Shown here: piece by piece, positions 49,040 through 60,053 of the stretch
How the letters are laid out: every line of letters starts with the position of its first letter
How positions within the stretch are numbered: the stretch's first letter is position 1
DNA from: Centroscyllium fabricii
Taxonomy: Eukaryota
DNA length: 64,000 nucleotides
Assembly (NCBI GenBank): GCA_051313645.2
Contig: JBNRSN020000005.1
Span: forward strand, 303,366,001 to 303,430,000
Direction of reading: 5' to 3'
Made by a program: the position numbers and the translations under genes
The notes under the pieces: generated by a model
Database searches by the model: none
Seen by the model: only the letters and a program-made list of their open reading frames with translations
What the model was told of the DNA's origin: nothing

Positions 49040-49865
49040 CCTGGGGGGGTGGGGGTTCATGTCCCCGTGAGGCGGGGTTTTGGGCGGCCCAGCCGGCAAA
49101 ATAGCAGAACCGGCAGGTCCCGCCCCTCCCCGCCGCTTTCTCATTTTCCCGCCCAGATTCCCCACCCCGAAACCTTCCCGCCGCCGACTGGCGGGGATGG
49201 GTTGTCACCTCGTTAAGGGCCCTTAATTGGCATCATTAATGACATTTTAAGGGCCCTCAGCCATTTTGCCCTGTTTCCCACCCTAACCTCGCCACCCTAA
49301 ACCCCGCTGGGTGAAACCCAGCGGGAGCACAGCGCTGGGCATTACTGTTGGACTATAACCTGGTGTTGTGTGACTTCTTGCATTTATTACTTTCTCCTTC
49401 AAGGTGTGAAGGACATGCTGCTAAATGCTTGGCATGCCTCCAGCACCTTAGAGGAGTAAGTAACTCCGTTCTGGCTGCAGCAGCAGCTCTGAGCAGAAAC
49501 TGAGCAATCTTAGCTTTGAACGTGTCCTCACAGCCACTGCGAGCTGTGAGGGATTCTGAGCTCGCCCGCCCACCTGTCAGTCACCAGCACTTGGCCTTTC
49601 CCATTGGCTCCACTCCACTGTGATGTCACAGTGGAGTGTTTCCATGGGGACTGACAACAACCAGTGCTGGAACTGTCAATCAAACTGCTCGCAGCCCCGC
49701 TGCAGCCGACTCGATTGACCTAATTACCTCCCGCTGCCGCCGACGGGGATTTAACAACCTAATTAAACTAAAATTGCATGGCCTTCCCAGCTGTTTGGGC
49801 GGGTGGGACCGGAGGCGGCCCAGACCAATCCCCGCCAGGTTCCCGCCCTTCCGGCAAAGTCCCCC
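49040..49865. mobile_element. Decayed GC-rich MITE related to 14423-15737
   Basis: The revcomp of 49210-49330 matches 15435-15540; contains a 40-bp piece of the fold-back element (49344-49385). Confidence 0.55.
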
Positions 49866-50248
49866 ACTAGTTTCAGCAACACCTGCACAAACACACAGGG
49901 ACAGGATAGTGTCGGAGGAGAATGGAAAAAGGGAGCGATTAAAATCACATATTGCTTCCTCATTTGTCCTGACGTGATCATTTGATTTTTTTTTCAATAC
50001 GATCCAATGTTCTAAAGAAAATAGGAATGGAATTTTCTTAGGAACAGGAGTAGGCCATTCAGCCCCTCTAGCCTGTTCCACCATTCTATTATCTCACGGC
50101 TGGGCTGTTCCTCAACTCCATTTATTCACCTTTTCCCCAGAGCTCTTGCTAACATTACCTAACAAAAAAACGTATCAATCTCAGTCTTGAAAATTTCAAT
50201 TGACTCAGCATTGCAGCCATTACCAATGAGAGCAGTACAGTTGCCCTT

Positions 50249-50660
50249 TCAATTCAATTCAAGTTTTATTGTCATTGCAGAGTACTAGTACAATACAACG
50301 AGACGAAGACTCGACGCTCCCGAGAGTAGTGCAAATAAATAAATTACATGCAAATTGCATACAGTAAAGTACATTATCAGGCGTGCAGGTACCGGAGTTT
50401 CTTTTTAGAGTTCAGGAGGCTGACAGCCCTGAGGAAGAAGCTGTTCTGAAATCTAGTCGTGCGGGTGCAAATTGCTCTGTAGCGTCTCCCGGAGGGCAGG
50501 GGGGCGAACAGACTGTGGCTGTGGCTGGGGTGTGTGGGATCTTTAATAATGTTCATAGACCACCGTAAGCAGCGTTTGAGGTAGATGCTTTCCATTGACG
50601 GTAGCTGTGTACCGGTAATTCGTTGGGCAGTTTTGACTACCCGCTGCAGGGTTTTCCTTG
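50249..50660 (-). mobile_element. Rex1/Babar 3' fragment
   Basis: ORF 50377..50595 IIKDPTHPSH..LPSGRRYR..RTTRFQNSFF..AVSLLN; (ttcaa)n tail. Confidence 0.85.
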
Positions 50661-51128
50661 TACTCTGGATGCCGTGGACACATCAAGGATTGAATCCAAT
50701 CACATGCCAGGCCCTCCTACACTGAACAGTGCTGATGGTTACTGATTGGCAGCTAAAAGGACAAACTTCATATTGTAATGTGAAAATTAGTGATCTGGAC
50801 AAGATATAAAATTAACTTTATTAGTGTAACGTCAGATTCAATTTTACATTGTAGTAAATGGGGAGCAATTTAAGCTCAAAGGGATCATCAGCTTATTAGG
50901 GAGGAAACTGAAATTATGCAACTGACATTTTCCTGTCACAGATGCCATCACATGATCAAGTGTTCAGCATATCAATACCACTTCAAAAATGATTTTTCTC
51001 GGGGTTGATTTGACATAGTCTTCACTCATGCTGCATTTATATAGTAATGCCAATTCTTCCACCCATGAAACAGGTCTTCACATGCATGGATACACTCTTG
51101 CCCAGGGTTCCTGTTTAAATATGTATAA

Positions 51129-51408
51129 TGTAGAGGCATGCAGGGCTGAAGAACCACACTGGACACAGAGGATTCGGAAAGTTATCATTTATTACTATCA
51201 CAGCTAGGGCCAGGTGGCGAAAGAAACTGAGCCACCTGGAACCACGGTATTTAAAGGTCCCGCGGTTGGTGACGTCACTGCCGGGTGTCCACCTGGCGAC
51301 GTCATCACGCCGGAAGTCGCGGTGATGTCATCACGCCGCCCGGCGGGCGGGGCCGTCTCGCAGTACTCCCGAGGCGGATTCGATGGTCCTGGTGGGCGTG
51401 TCGCCACA
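51129..51408 (-). repeat. 3' LTR (280 bp)
   Basis: 5 substitutions against 55478-55757 by my manual comparison; PPT (GGGGGGGAGCTG on the minus strand) adjacent at 51409-51420. Confidence 0.95.
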
Positions 51409-51618
51409 CAGCTCCCCCCCAGAATCCGTGAGGGAGAGCGAAGTTTGAGCTAGAGGAGAAAGGAGCATAAAGAAAAATAAAAAAATGGAGAATAAAAAGT
51501 TGAGTCTCAGGCGGGGTGTTGAGGTGGCCTGATGATGCGGTCCGCACGTGTCGTCTCAGGCAAGGCGTTGAGGTGGCCTGATGATGCGGCCAGCACGTGT
51601 CGTGCGCTGCTCCTTGTT

Positions 51619-53757
51619 CTACGTTGGAGTGTGGGCGGGCTTTGGTGCGGTAGGGCGTCCGCGCTTTGGTGGCTGCGCGGGGACTGTTGCCTCACCCGCC
51701 ATTACGTGTGCCGGTTTGAGCCGGTCGATTGAGACAGTCTCAGCTCTGTTACCCATTTTAATTTGGAACGTTTTAGGTCCCGCCCGAAGCACTCTGTACG
51801 GTCCGTCGTACGGTGGCTGTAGTGGTGTTCGATGTGCGTCGTGGCGGACAAACACATACTTGGCATTCTGGATGGTGTCTGGAACACGTGCTACCGGCTC
51901 TCCGTGCCGGGCCACCGGAAGTGGTTTGAACGCCGCTGCCTGGTTGTGAAAGTCTTTGAGGCAGCGTTCGGCTGACCAGGGGGCGTTTGTTTCTGCCACG
52001 AACTCGCCTGGTACGGTTAGGGGTTGGCCATAGACTAGTTCCGCTGCTGAGGCGTGCAGGTCTTCCTTGGCCGCTGAACGCAGGCCGAGCATTACCCAGG
52101 GCAGGCGGTCGGTCCAGGTCGCGTCTTTGAGGCTGGCCCGCAAGGAAGCTTTGAAGGAGCGGTGGAACCGTTCGCAGAGGCCATTGGCCTGTGGGTGGTA
52201 GGCGGTGGTTCGGTGCAGGGTTGCCCCGAGGTCGTGGGCGATGGTTGCCCATAGGGTTGAGGTAAATTGGGGGCCCCTGTCTGATGTGATGTCGGTGGGG
52301 ACGCCGAAACGTGCGACCCAGGTGGCAATGAAGGCCCTGGCCAGGTCCGCGGTGGTGGTAGCGGTGAGGGGGACCGCTTCTGGCCAGCGGGTGCTGCGGT
52401 CGACCATAGTCATGATATGTGTATGTCCCCGTGATGGTGGTAGTGGTCCGACCAGGTCGATGTGGACATGGCTGAAGCGTCTAGCTGGGATGGCGATCGT
52501 TTCCAGCGGTGCCTTGATGTGCTTGTGCACCTTGGCGCGCTGGCAGGCATTGCAGGAGTTGGTCCAGGCGCGGACGTCCTTGCGCAGGCCGCACCAAACG
52601 AATCGCGCAGAGATGAGCTTTGTGGACGCGCGGACACCGGGGTGGGACAGGTCATGGAGGGTCTGGAAGATGTGTCGCCTCCATGCGTGGGGGACGACGG
52701 GTCTGGGCTGCGGGAGGGAGACGTCGCAGCGGACCTCCGTGGCTGTGGGCCCGTGTGCTACGGTGGCCAATAGCAGGCCAGTGAGGTTGGTAGCTGGGTC
52801 GAGCAGATCGGGGTTGGTTAGTTGGTCGGCCGCCATTTTGGTGTAGTCGACGGCCGTTTGAACGGAGTTGATGGTGGGGCGTGAGAGGCAGTCAGCGACC
52901 ACGTTGTCGTGGCCGGCCATGTGCTGTATGTCGGTAGTGAATTCCGACACAGCCGCGAGCTGGCGCTGCTGCCTAGCCGACCAGGGTTCAGAGATCTTAG
53001 CCATTGCAGACACAAGTGGCTTGTGATCCACGAAGGCTGTAAAGTGGCGGCCCTCTAGGAGGAAGCGGAAGTGGCGCACCGCGAGGTAGAGAGCGAGTAG
53101 CTCCCTATCGAAGGCGCTGTACTTGACTTCCGGGGGCCGGAGTTGTCGGCTGAAAAAGGCCAGGGGTTGCCAGGAGTCGCCTGTCCACTGCTCAAAGACT
53201 GCTCCGACGGTGCGGTCGGAGGCGTCGGTGGTGAGGGCTACTCTGGCGTTGGGCCTAGGGTGGCTGAGGAGCGTGGCGTTGGCCAGGGCGGTTTTGGTTG
53301 CAGTGAAGGCGGTGGAGGCTTCGGCCGTCCACTCGACCGCAGCCTTGTTGGACTGGCCGCGGGTGGCGTGGTAGAGGGGGGCCATGAGAGCGGCTGCTCC
53401 TGGGATGAAGCGGTTGTAGAAATTAACCATCCCAAGAAATTCCTGCAGCCCCTTGATGGAGTGCGGGCGGGGGAATTCCTGGACCGCCTGCACCTTGGAG
53501 GGCAGGGTTATGGCCCCGGTCTGGGAGATGTGGTGGCCGAGGAAGTCGATCGTCTCGAGGCCGAATCGACATTTGGAGGGGCTTAATATAAGGCCGTGTT
53601 CGGCCAGGCGGTTGAAAAGGGCCCTGAGATGGAGGAGGTGTTCCTGGGGGGAGGTGCTGGCCACGAGGATGTCGTCGAGATAGACGAACGTGAACTGCAA
53701 GTCCCGTAGGACTGAGTCCATGAGGCGTTGGAAGGCCTGGGCCGCGTTTTTGAGTCC
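51619..53757 (-). CDS. Gypsy RT-RNase H-integrase (continuation after a 1-bp insertion)
   Basis: GLKNAAQAFQR, YLDD, TDAS, DHKPL, HDLSH..CNAC, DLVGP/SDRG/ERFH (DDE), GPY module. Confidence 0.92.
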   Translation of the reverse strand, partial: GLKNAAQAFQRLMDSVLRDLQFTFVYLDDILVASTSPQEHLLHLRALFNRLAEHGLILSPSKCRFGLETIDFLGHHISQTGAITLPSKVQAVQEFPRPHSIKGLQEFLGMVNFYNRFIPGAAALMAPLYHATRGQSNKAAVEWTAEASTAFTATKTALANATLLSHPRPNARVALTTDASDRTVGAVFEQWTGDSWQPLAFFSRQLRPPEVKYSAFDRELLALYLAVRHFRFLLEGRHFTAFVDHKPLVSAMAKISEPWSARQQRQLAAVSEFTTDIQHMAGHDNVVADCLSRPTINSVQTAVDYTKMAADQLTNPDLLDPATNLTGLLLATVAHGPTATEVRCDVSLPQPRPVVPHAWRRHIFQTLHDLSHPGVRASTKLISARFVWCGLRKDVRAWTNSCNACQRAKVHKHIKAPLETIAIPARRFSHVHIDLVGPLPPSRGHTHIMTMVDRSTRWPEAVPLTATTTADLARAFIATWVARFGVPTDITSDRGPQFTSTLWATIAHDLGATLHRTTAYHPQANGLCERFHRSFKASLRASLKDATWTDRLPWVMLGLRSAAKEDLHASAAELVYGQPLTVPGEFVAETNAPWSAERCLKDFHNQAAAFKPLPVARHGEPVARVPDTIQNAKYVFVRHDAHRTPLQPPYDGPYRVLRAGPKTFQIKMGNRAETVSIDRLKPAHVMAGEATVPAQPPKRGRPTAPKPAHTPT

Positions 53758-53758
53758 G

Positions 53759-55381
53759 GTAGGGCATTCGGAGGAATTCAAATAAGCCAAATGGGGTAAT
53801 GACGGCTGTCTTAGGGACGTCCGCCGGGTGCACTGGTACCTGGTGGTAGCCCCGTACCAGGTCGATCTTGGAAAAGACCGTGCAGCCGGCTAGCCTTGCT
53901 GAGAAATCTTGGATGTGGGGGACGGGGTACCTGTCCGGGGTGGTGGCGTTGTTGAGGCTGCGGTAGCCTCCGCAGGGGCGCCAGCCGCCGCCGGGTTTGG
54001 GGGCAATGTGGAGGGGGGAGGCCCAGGGGCTGCTGGAGCGGCGGATTATGCCGAGTTGTTCCATGATGTGGAACTCGGCGCGCGCGATTTCCAGCTTGGC
54101 CGGGTCCAGCCTGCGTGCGTGGGCGTGGACTGGGGGGCCTGTGGTGGTGATGTGATGCTCCACCCCGTGCTTGGCCGTGCGAGCTGTGAAGGTGGGGTTG
54201 GTGAGGGCTGGGAACTCCGCGAGCAGCGTCGCGTACGTGTCGGAGTTCCGGGCTCGGCAGTGGGACGCTGCGTGGGTCTGGTGTGCCGGCCTTGTGGAGC
54301 ATGGGATGGTCGACATGTTGTGGATGTCGACCAGGCGGCGTCGGGTAACGTCGACCAGTAGGCCGTGGGCGCACAGAAAGTCGGCCCCGAGTAGGGGTAT
54401 TTTGACTTGTGCTGTGATGAAGTCCCACTTGTACGTGTGGCCTGCTAGCTTGATGGTAAGCTGGCGGGTGCCGAACGTAACTATCTCGGAGCCGTTTGCG
54501 GCTTCAAGTGGTGGGCCTTGGGTGCCTTGCTTGGTTTCTGCGGGGGAGGCTGGCACGATGCTGTGCTGCGCGCCTGTGTCGCAGAGGAAGCGGAGGCCTG
54601 AGCCGCTGTCCGTGACGAAGAGCAGTGCTCCGGAGCGGCCTACGGACATGGTGGGGCTTGGGCTGGTTTGGGGTTTGAAGGTGCGGGGCTGGACGCAGCA
54701 CTGCGCTTTGGCTTCGAACCTGGTGTGGTAGTAGCACCAGCCGGGGCCTGTGGTGCGTGGCTTTTTGTGGGTCCGCACCGCTCTGGGTTGGGACCTGGGG
54801 CCGGGCCTGGGGTGCGCGTAGTACTGCTCCGGTGGAGCGGCAGTGGTTTGGCGCGTGGCGGCTCGGGTGCGCTCGGCCCTCATCAGCTTGTCGGCCTCGT
54901 GGGCCAGTTGCTCCTTGGTATAGTGCTCCAGGACCGTCAGAGCCGGTCTGATGGAGGGGGGCAGTTTAAGGAGGAACAAGGCGCGTTTAATGGTGGCCGG
55001 GTCGCAATTAAGCGCTTCAAATTGGTCCCAAAGATCCGATGGATCTGCGTCCCCGAAATCGGGGAGGTTAATGAGCTGGCAGTCGCGCTCAAATTGGGTG
55101 GGGGTAAATTTTTCTAGCAGCGCGGCCTTAAGCGTTTTGTACCTGCCAGCAGTTGGTTCTTGCTGGATTGATGCCCACATTCGGTCGATCGTGGGCTGCG
55201 AAAGGGCCGCGAAGCGCAGGCTGTAATGATCGTCCCCCTGCATGCCATAAATGCGGTAGGTGTTCTCCGTGTTGAGGAACCAGGCCGCTGAACGGAGTTC
55301 CCAGAACTCAGGTAAGTTTGGGATTTGGCCGTAGTGCTGGCCCCGTCTGTGGTGGCGTGCTGTTTCGATCCCTGCTGGCAT
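53759..55381 (-). CDS. Gypsy Gag-protease-RT (N-terminal part; frameshift at about 53758)
   Basis: FW...AWF Gag start, CYYH-x8-CC zinc-knuckle variant, protease LCDTGA, RT SSSPWASPLH, FSKIDLVRGYHQ, KTAVITPFGLFEFLRMP. Confidence 0.9.
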
Positions 55382-55464
55382 GGTGGTTGCGATTCAAATG
55401 AGGCAGCTTGGCCCTCAGTCCTGCAGCGACTGCTTCATTGTTCCCTTGGAATTCGTTCCAAGTA

Positions 55465-55476
55465 TCGAGGTCACCA
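55465..55476 (-). promoter_or_regulatory. Primer binding site complementary to the tRNA-Trp 3' end
   Basis: TGGTGACCTCGA one base inside the 5' LTR; the canonical Trp PBS is TGGTGACCCCGA. Confidence 0.8.
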
Positions 55477-55477
55477 C

Positions 55478-55757
55478 TGTAGAGGCATGCAGGGCTGAAG
55501 AACCACACTAGACACAGAGGATTCGGAAAGTTATCATTTATTACTATCACAGCTAGGGCCAGGTGGCGAAAGAGACTGAGCCACCTGGAACCACGGTATT
55601 TAAAGGTCCCGCGGTTGGTGACGTCACTGCCGTGTGTCCACCTGGCGACGTCATCACGCCGGAAGTCGCGGTGACGTCATCACGCCGCCCGGCGGGCGGG
55701 GCCGTCTCGCAGTACTCCCGAGGCGGATTCGATGGTCCTGGTGGGCATGTCGCCACA
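55478..55757 (-). repeat. 5' LTR (280 bp) with CRE/ETS/GC-box motifs
   Basis: Two TGACGTCA plus one CGACGTCA, CCGGAAGT, GGGCGGGG, then TTTAAAT and AATAAA in minus orientation. Confidence 0.95.
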
Positions 55758-55850
55758 ATAAAAAGGATGGCAAGGAAGTAGGTTAAAGAAGTGTCCAGGA
55801 GGTCCAAAGGACTCCCTCAGCACTTTCCCAGTGTCAATTACAAAGCAAGT

Positions 55851-56068
55851 GCAAGAAGTCACACAACACCAGGTTATAGTCCAACAGTTTTATTTTAAAT
55901 CACAAGCTTTCGGAGCTTATGCCCCTTCGTCAGGTGAAAGAGAGACTGACGAAGGGGCATAAGCTCCGACAGCTTGTGATTTAAAATAAAACTGTTGGAC
56001 TATAACCTGGTATTGTGTGACTTCTTGCATTTGTCCACCCCGGTCCAACACCGGCACCTCCACATCAT
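55851..56068. mobile_element. Fold-back Penelope-type pseudo-LTR element, 15-bp TSD AATTACAAAGCAAGT
   Basis: ~80-bp inverted arms plus the same unique tail as 21423; TSD at 55836-55850 and 56069-56083. Confidence 0.85.
55900..55937 (-). ncRNA. Minimal type I hammerhead ribozyme motif
   Basis: TCAC-CTGACGA-A-GGGGC(ATAA)GCTCC-GAAA-GC-TT-GTGA; the mirror copy on + (55946-55979) has GACA in place of GAAA and lacks the 5' strand of stem I. Confidence 0.8.
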
Positions 56069-57010
56069 AATTACAAAGCAAGTATGAGAACACCTCCTCC
56101 ATCAAGTAATTACATCAAGTAACTACAAAGCAGTATGAGAATACCTCCTCCAAGAAGCTTCGCAACATTTCTCCCCAGAGTTAGGCCGTGTCTGGATTTA
56201 CAACTTTAGCAGGAATGCTTCAGATTGGAGCTGCAATGCCTTTTTGAACAATTAAAACTCCAAAGATGAAGCCACTCCTTTCTCTCCCTTACACTATTTC
56301 TCAATGGTTTCTTATTCACGGAGACAAAAAGCAACAAAAAAAATTCACCGTGCTCACTTATCCTTAAAGTTCAAAAGAATAAAGAGCTCATTGTTGTCCA
56401 GGTGGCTTAAGTAGAGGATCAGAGAATGCCATTTTCAGAAGAACAATTGACAGATACCTGCACTAATTAACTGGAGAAACGCAGATGAATAGAAGCTTAA
56501 GTGGCCTAAACATATGACTGCAGTACATTGTAACCAGAGGAAATAGAAACATTCAAAATAGCTAAATTGAAAATTGAATAAGCCATGAATTAAAAACGCA
56601 AGTTTAGTTCCTAATTAACTATTTTTCCCTAAACCAAGCCAATCAGCAGAACCCCTGAGTTTTAAATGAATTTCTAGGCCAGTTACATTAGAATGCTGCA
56701 AAAGTGGCAAGGTGATGTTCACAAAGGATATTACAGTGCCACTTTTTTGTTAATGGCCCAGAAATTCCGGTCGCCCCGGGTGAGTACACGTCGGGTACTC
56801 ACCCGCAGGCCCATCCGAAGTGCCGGTTTCGTGCATGCACTGCACATGCGCGCGAAACCGGCACTTCCGATCCCCTGACAGAAGGGGTCAGGGGTTGGAA
56901 CGCGTGCGCAATGGACTTCCGATTTTACTTTTTACAGGTCTGTGTGCGGGTAAGAATGGAGAAAGATACGGCTGCTTTTTTCATGCGCAAAGACCCCTTT
57001 CAGAAGGTAA

Positions 57011-59566
57011 AGGCCCTGTCACACCTTGACGAATTAGCTAGCGCATGCCGACGTATGCAAATTTATCTAAAACGCTGGCGTTCGCTGAACTATCGATGTT
57101 TTTTTCAGTTTTGGGCGTATAATAGCATATTCATAACGAGTTGGACGTATGCATAACGTATTAGTAACGTACACAGAACGTATCGATAACTTACAGATAA
57201 CTTATACCAACTTATACCAACGAATGCTTAGCGTGTTGTCGGCGTTCACAACTTATGCCCAACGATAGTCTAACTTATGCATAGCGTGCGGCAGCGTTTC
57301 GCCGACGATCACGTGGCGTAGCCTATTCAAAGGCTGTCACTGGACGATTCAAATCATAACACTAGACATCGAAGTGCAGCTCCACCCACCCAAACTGATT
57401 CCAGTTCTACATCACAATCTGCCTTGCCAAGTCTCTACAACATCACCATCATGCCTAGGAAAAGTTCTAAGAATGCTGCCAAGAAGTCTCCTGGCCGTGG
57501 ACGCGGACGCATGGAGGATCCATCATCACCCACACCCTCCCCATCACGCTCACCCTCTGACGGAGAGGATGCTGGTTCCAACGCCTCTCGGGCATCGTCG
57601 GTGACATTGATAGCTGCGTCCGTGGCCTCCACCTCCTCTCAGCCAACCCTTGCGAAGAAGAGGGCCAAGAAGACACAGTTTTGTCTTGCTGTTGAAGACG
57701 AGCAGCTCATGTGCGATTTCCTTTGCGAGAACGCCATCCTCTGGGACATTAAGAAGACTGACTACCGGAGGGTGGACAAGAAGGCAAAGCTCTGGGAGGA
57801 TCAGGCAAAGGCTATGGGGAAGACTGTCGAGCGCCTTCAAGGGTGGTTCAAGTCCCTGCGAGACACCCACACCCGTCTCGACAAGAAGAAGAGCGGTGAT
57901 GGCGCCCCGGAACTGACAGAGAGGGAGCAGTGGGTGAAGGCAAAGTTCGGCTTCCTCAAGACTGTGGTCCGCCATCGTGCTGAGCCCGTCAACAGTGTAA
58001 GTATAAACACATATTAATATCAATACTAATATTTATTTATATTAGTTTTACTGTACTTTGCCTCGTATTTTTGCATTGTATTTTACTAATCAATTGTCAT
58101 AATTGCAGGTAAAGGAAACCATTGCAGCACACAGCGGGGACCTCGAGGCTGGCGAGGCTGCCTGTGCAGAGATGATGTTGCTTGACGACAGCACACCCTC
58201 CCCTGTCCCCAGGGGGAAGCGTGGCCAGGACAATGACCAGCTGCAGTCACTCCAGAAGAGGGTGCACGAGTCTGTGGAGCTCCTCAAAGGTCTCGCACAG
58301 CCTCAGCCCATCACAGCCACCTCAGCCTTCGCCAACTACGTGCGTGACAGCCTGGTCAGCATGTCGATGCGCAACTTCCGGAAGGCAAGGTCGCGCATCA
58401 ACACCATCCTCACTGAGCTGATAGATGAGGAGAATGATGAAGAACCCCCCATTTACGTGCGATCAAATTCAGCACCAGCTACCTACACCCCCACGGCGTC
58501 GGAGATGTACCAGCAACCTCCCCACATGTGGAGACACAAGGCACCGGCTGCGTCAGTCTGGGGCTCACAGACATGTGGACCGTACATGCAGCAGCCACTG
58601 CAGCCACAGTACCAACAGCAGCAGCCTCAGTACCAGATGATGCCTCCTCCCCCTCAGCATGTGTTCCAGCCTCCTCCTCCTCTGATCACGCAGCAGCCAA
58701 GCCTCGCCTCTTCATCTGCTGCTATAGGCTCGGCTGGCCAGGTACTGAACCAGAGCCAAAGCAGCTTTGACACTGATATATTTGGATTCTCAGGAGTGCT
58801 CAACATGTCCAGCGGTCCTGATGCTGCAAGCAGCCCGTCTGGGGAGCTGAAGACACCTCCACCATCAGAGCACTGAATAAAAGGTGACATTGTTTTGGCC
58901 ATGTTTGTGCCATTTTGTATATACGTTTTTAGACCATTGTTATCATGTTTCATTATTTAATAAAAGTTGAGCAAACTCTTGATATTTGTTGATGTTATTG
59001 TTTTAATATTTAAATCATAAACAATAATTAACAATAATAAATTCATACACTTTGAAAAAGGTATAATAATATAATGTACATGTATATTGAAAAGTGGATA
59101 ATTGAAAAAAAGGCTTTTTAAGATGTTCATTTCAGGAGCTGTAAGTTAGAAACACGTTCAGTAAGTTCTGTGGTCGTCCGGAAGACGTCAAATACGTCTA
59201 CATACGTCAATATGCGTTGGAGATACGTTACACATAGGTTCAAAGCACGTTACTCATAGGTTAGAAATAAGTTCCGGGTACGCTAGACATTATCTCGACG
59301 TATTTTGACTTATGACTAACTTACAAGTAACGTGTGTCAACGATCGCCTAACGTGCCTACAACTTATGGCCAGCGTATGCGGAATGTGTGAGTCATACGC
59401 TGGATACGTCGAGAAATTTTGTGCATGCTCAAAATTTCTCGACTCAACGACGTATGCCAGCGTGCTCTTAACGTATACAAAACTTACCCATAACGTATCC
59501 GACGTAAACCAGCGTTTTCGCCAAATTTGCATACGCTGGCTAAAACGTCAAGGTGTGACAGGGCCT
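57011..59566 (+). mobile_element. Non-autonomous PIF/Harbinger transposon (2556 bp), 21-bp perfect TIR, TAA TSD
   Basis: TAA|AGGCCCTGTCACACCTTGACG ... CGTCAAGGTGTGACAGGGCCT|TAA; subterminal ACGTA/AACTTA-rich arrays. Confidence 0.92.
57451..58876 (+). CDS. Two-exon MADF (Myb/SANT-like) DNA-binding protein with a BESS-like motif and Q/P-rich tail, about 437 aa; exons 57451-57996 and 58109-58876
   Basis: MADF signature ENAILWD..TDYRRVDKKAKLWE..LQGWFKSLRDTHTR..W..FGFL; phase-0 intron GTAAGT(57997)...TACTAAT branch...TTGCAG(58108) joins ORFs 57424 and 58103 in frame; stop TGA overlaps AATAAA. Confidence 0.85.
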
Positions 59567-60053
59567 TAAGTGGTGAATTTATTCAATTTAAAAGATTTTT
59601 TCCCCACAGGTTTTTTATTTTTAAATACTTTAAAGAAAGGTAAGTTTATTTTTAGCCCTGATTATTTTTTTCAAAATTTTTAATTTTTGTTTAAAATGGC
59701 TAATTTATGTAATTGATTGTTATTTTAAAAAATGTGATTTAAAAAAAAAAATCTTTTGAAGATTTACTGAGATTTTGGGGCTTGTAGTATTCATAAGGTT
59801 GACAGGTCTTCCTGTCAAACTTACGAATGGAGCATTCTGCTCTCTGTGGCCCACGTGATCCCACTCGATATCTCGCACTACCTGCGCTGCTCGGATCCGG
59901 GAGCGCGGCGCGCCGGCACTTCAGGAAGGCCCCGCATCGGGATTCCATGCGGGGGCACAGCTCAACGGCCGGCACGCTAGGTAAGGGTAGGTTGGAGGCT
60001 TGCACTCGCAGGAAGTCTCCAACCTGAATTTCTGGGCCATTTATTTTACATGT

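Larger units (their letters stand above)
51129..55757 (-). mobile_element. Full-length Gypsy LTR retrotransposon (CsRn1-like), 4-bp TSD ATAA
   Basis: Two 280-bp TG...CA LTRs, ataa/ataa flanks, PBS, PPT, and gag-PR-RT-RH-IN domain order. Confidence 0.95.
56755..60038 (+). mobile_element. Harbinger-like MITE, family A, split by a nested Harbinger
   Basis: ggcccagaaattcc ... gaatttctgggcc; gaagg-TAA|insert|TAA-gtggtgaat restores the sequence seen at 26530-26560. Confidence 0.85.

Noticed and set aside
53750-53770. Programmed ribosomal frameshift in the Gypsy element
   Set aside because: The shift falls inside the conserved RT MP(F/Y)GL motif with no slippery heptamer; a 1-bp insertion or a sequencing error fits better.
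52205-55226. Many + strand ORFs antisense to the Gypsy pol
   Set aside because: Expected shadows of GC-rich coding sequence; no motifs.
55946-55979. Active + strand hammerhead
   Set aside because: Core GAAA is mutated to GACA and the 5' strand of stem I is missing.
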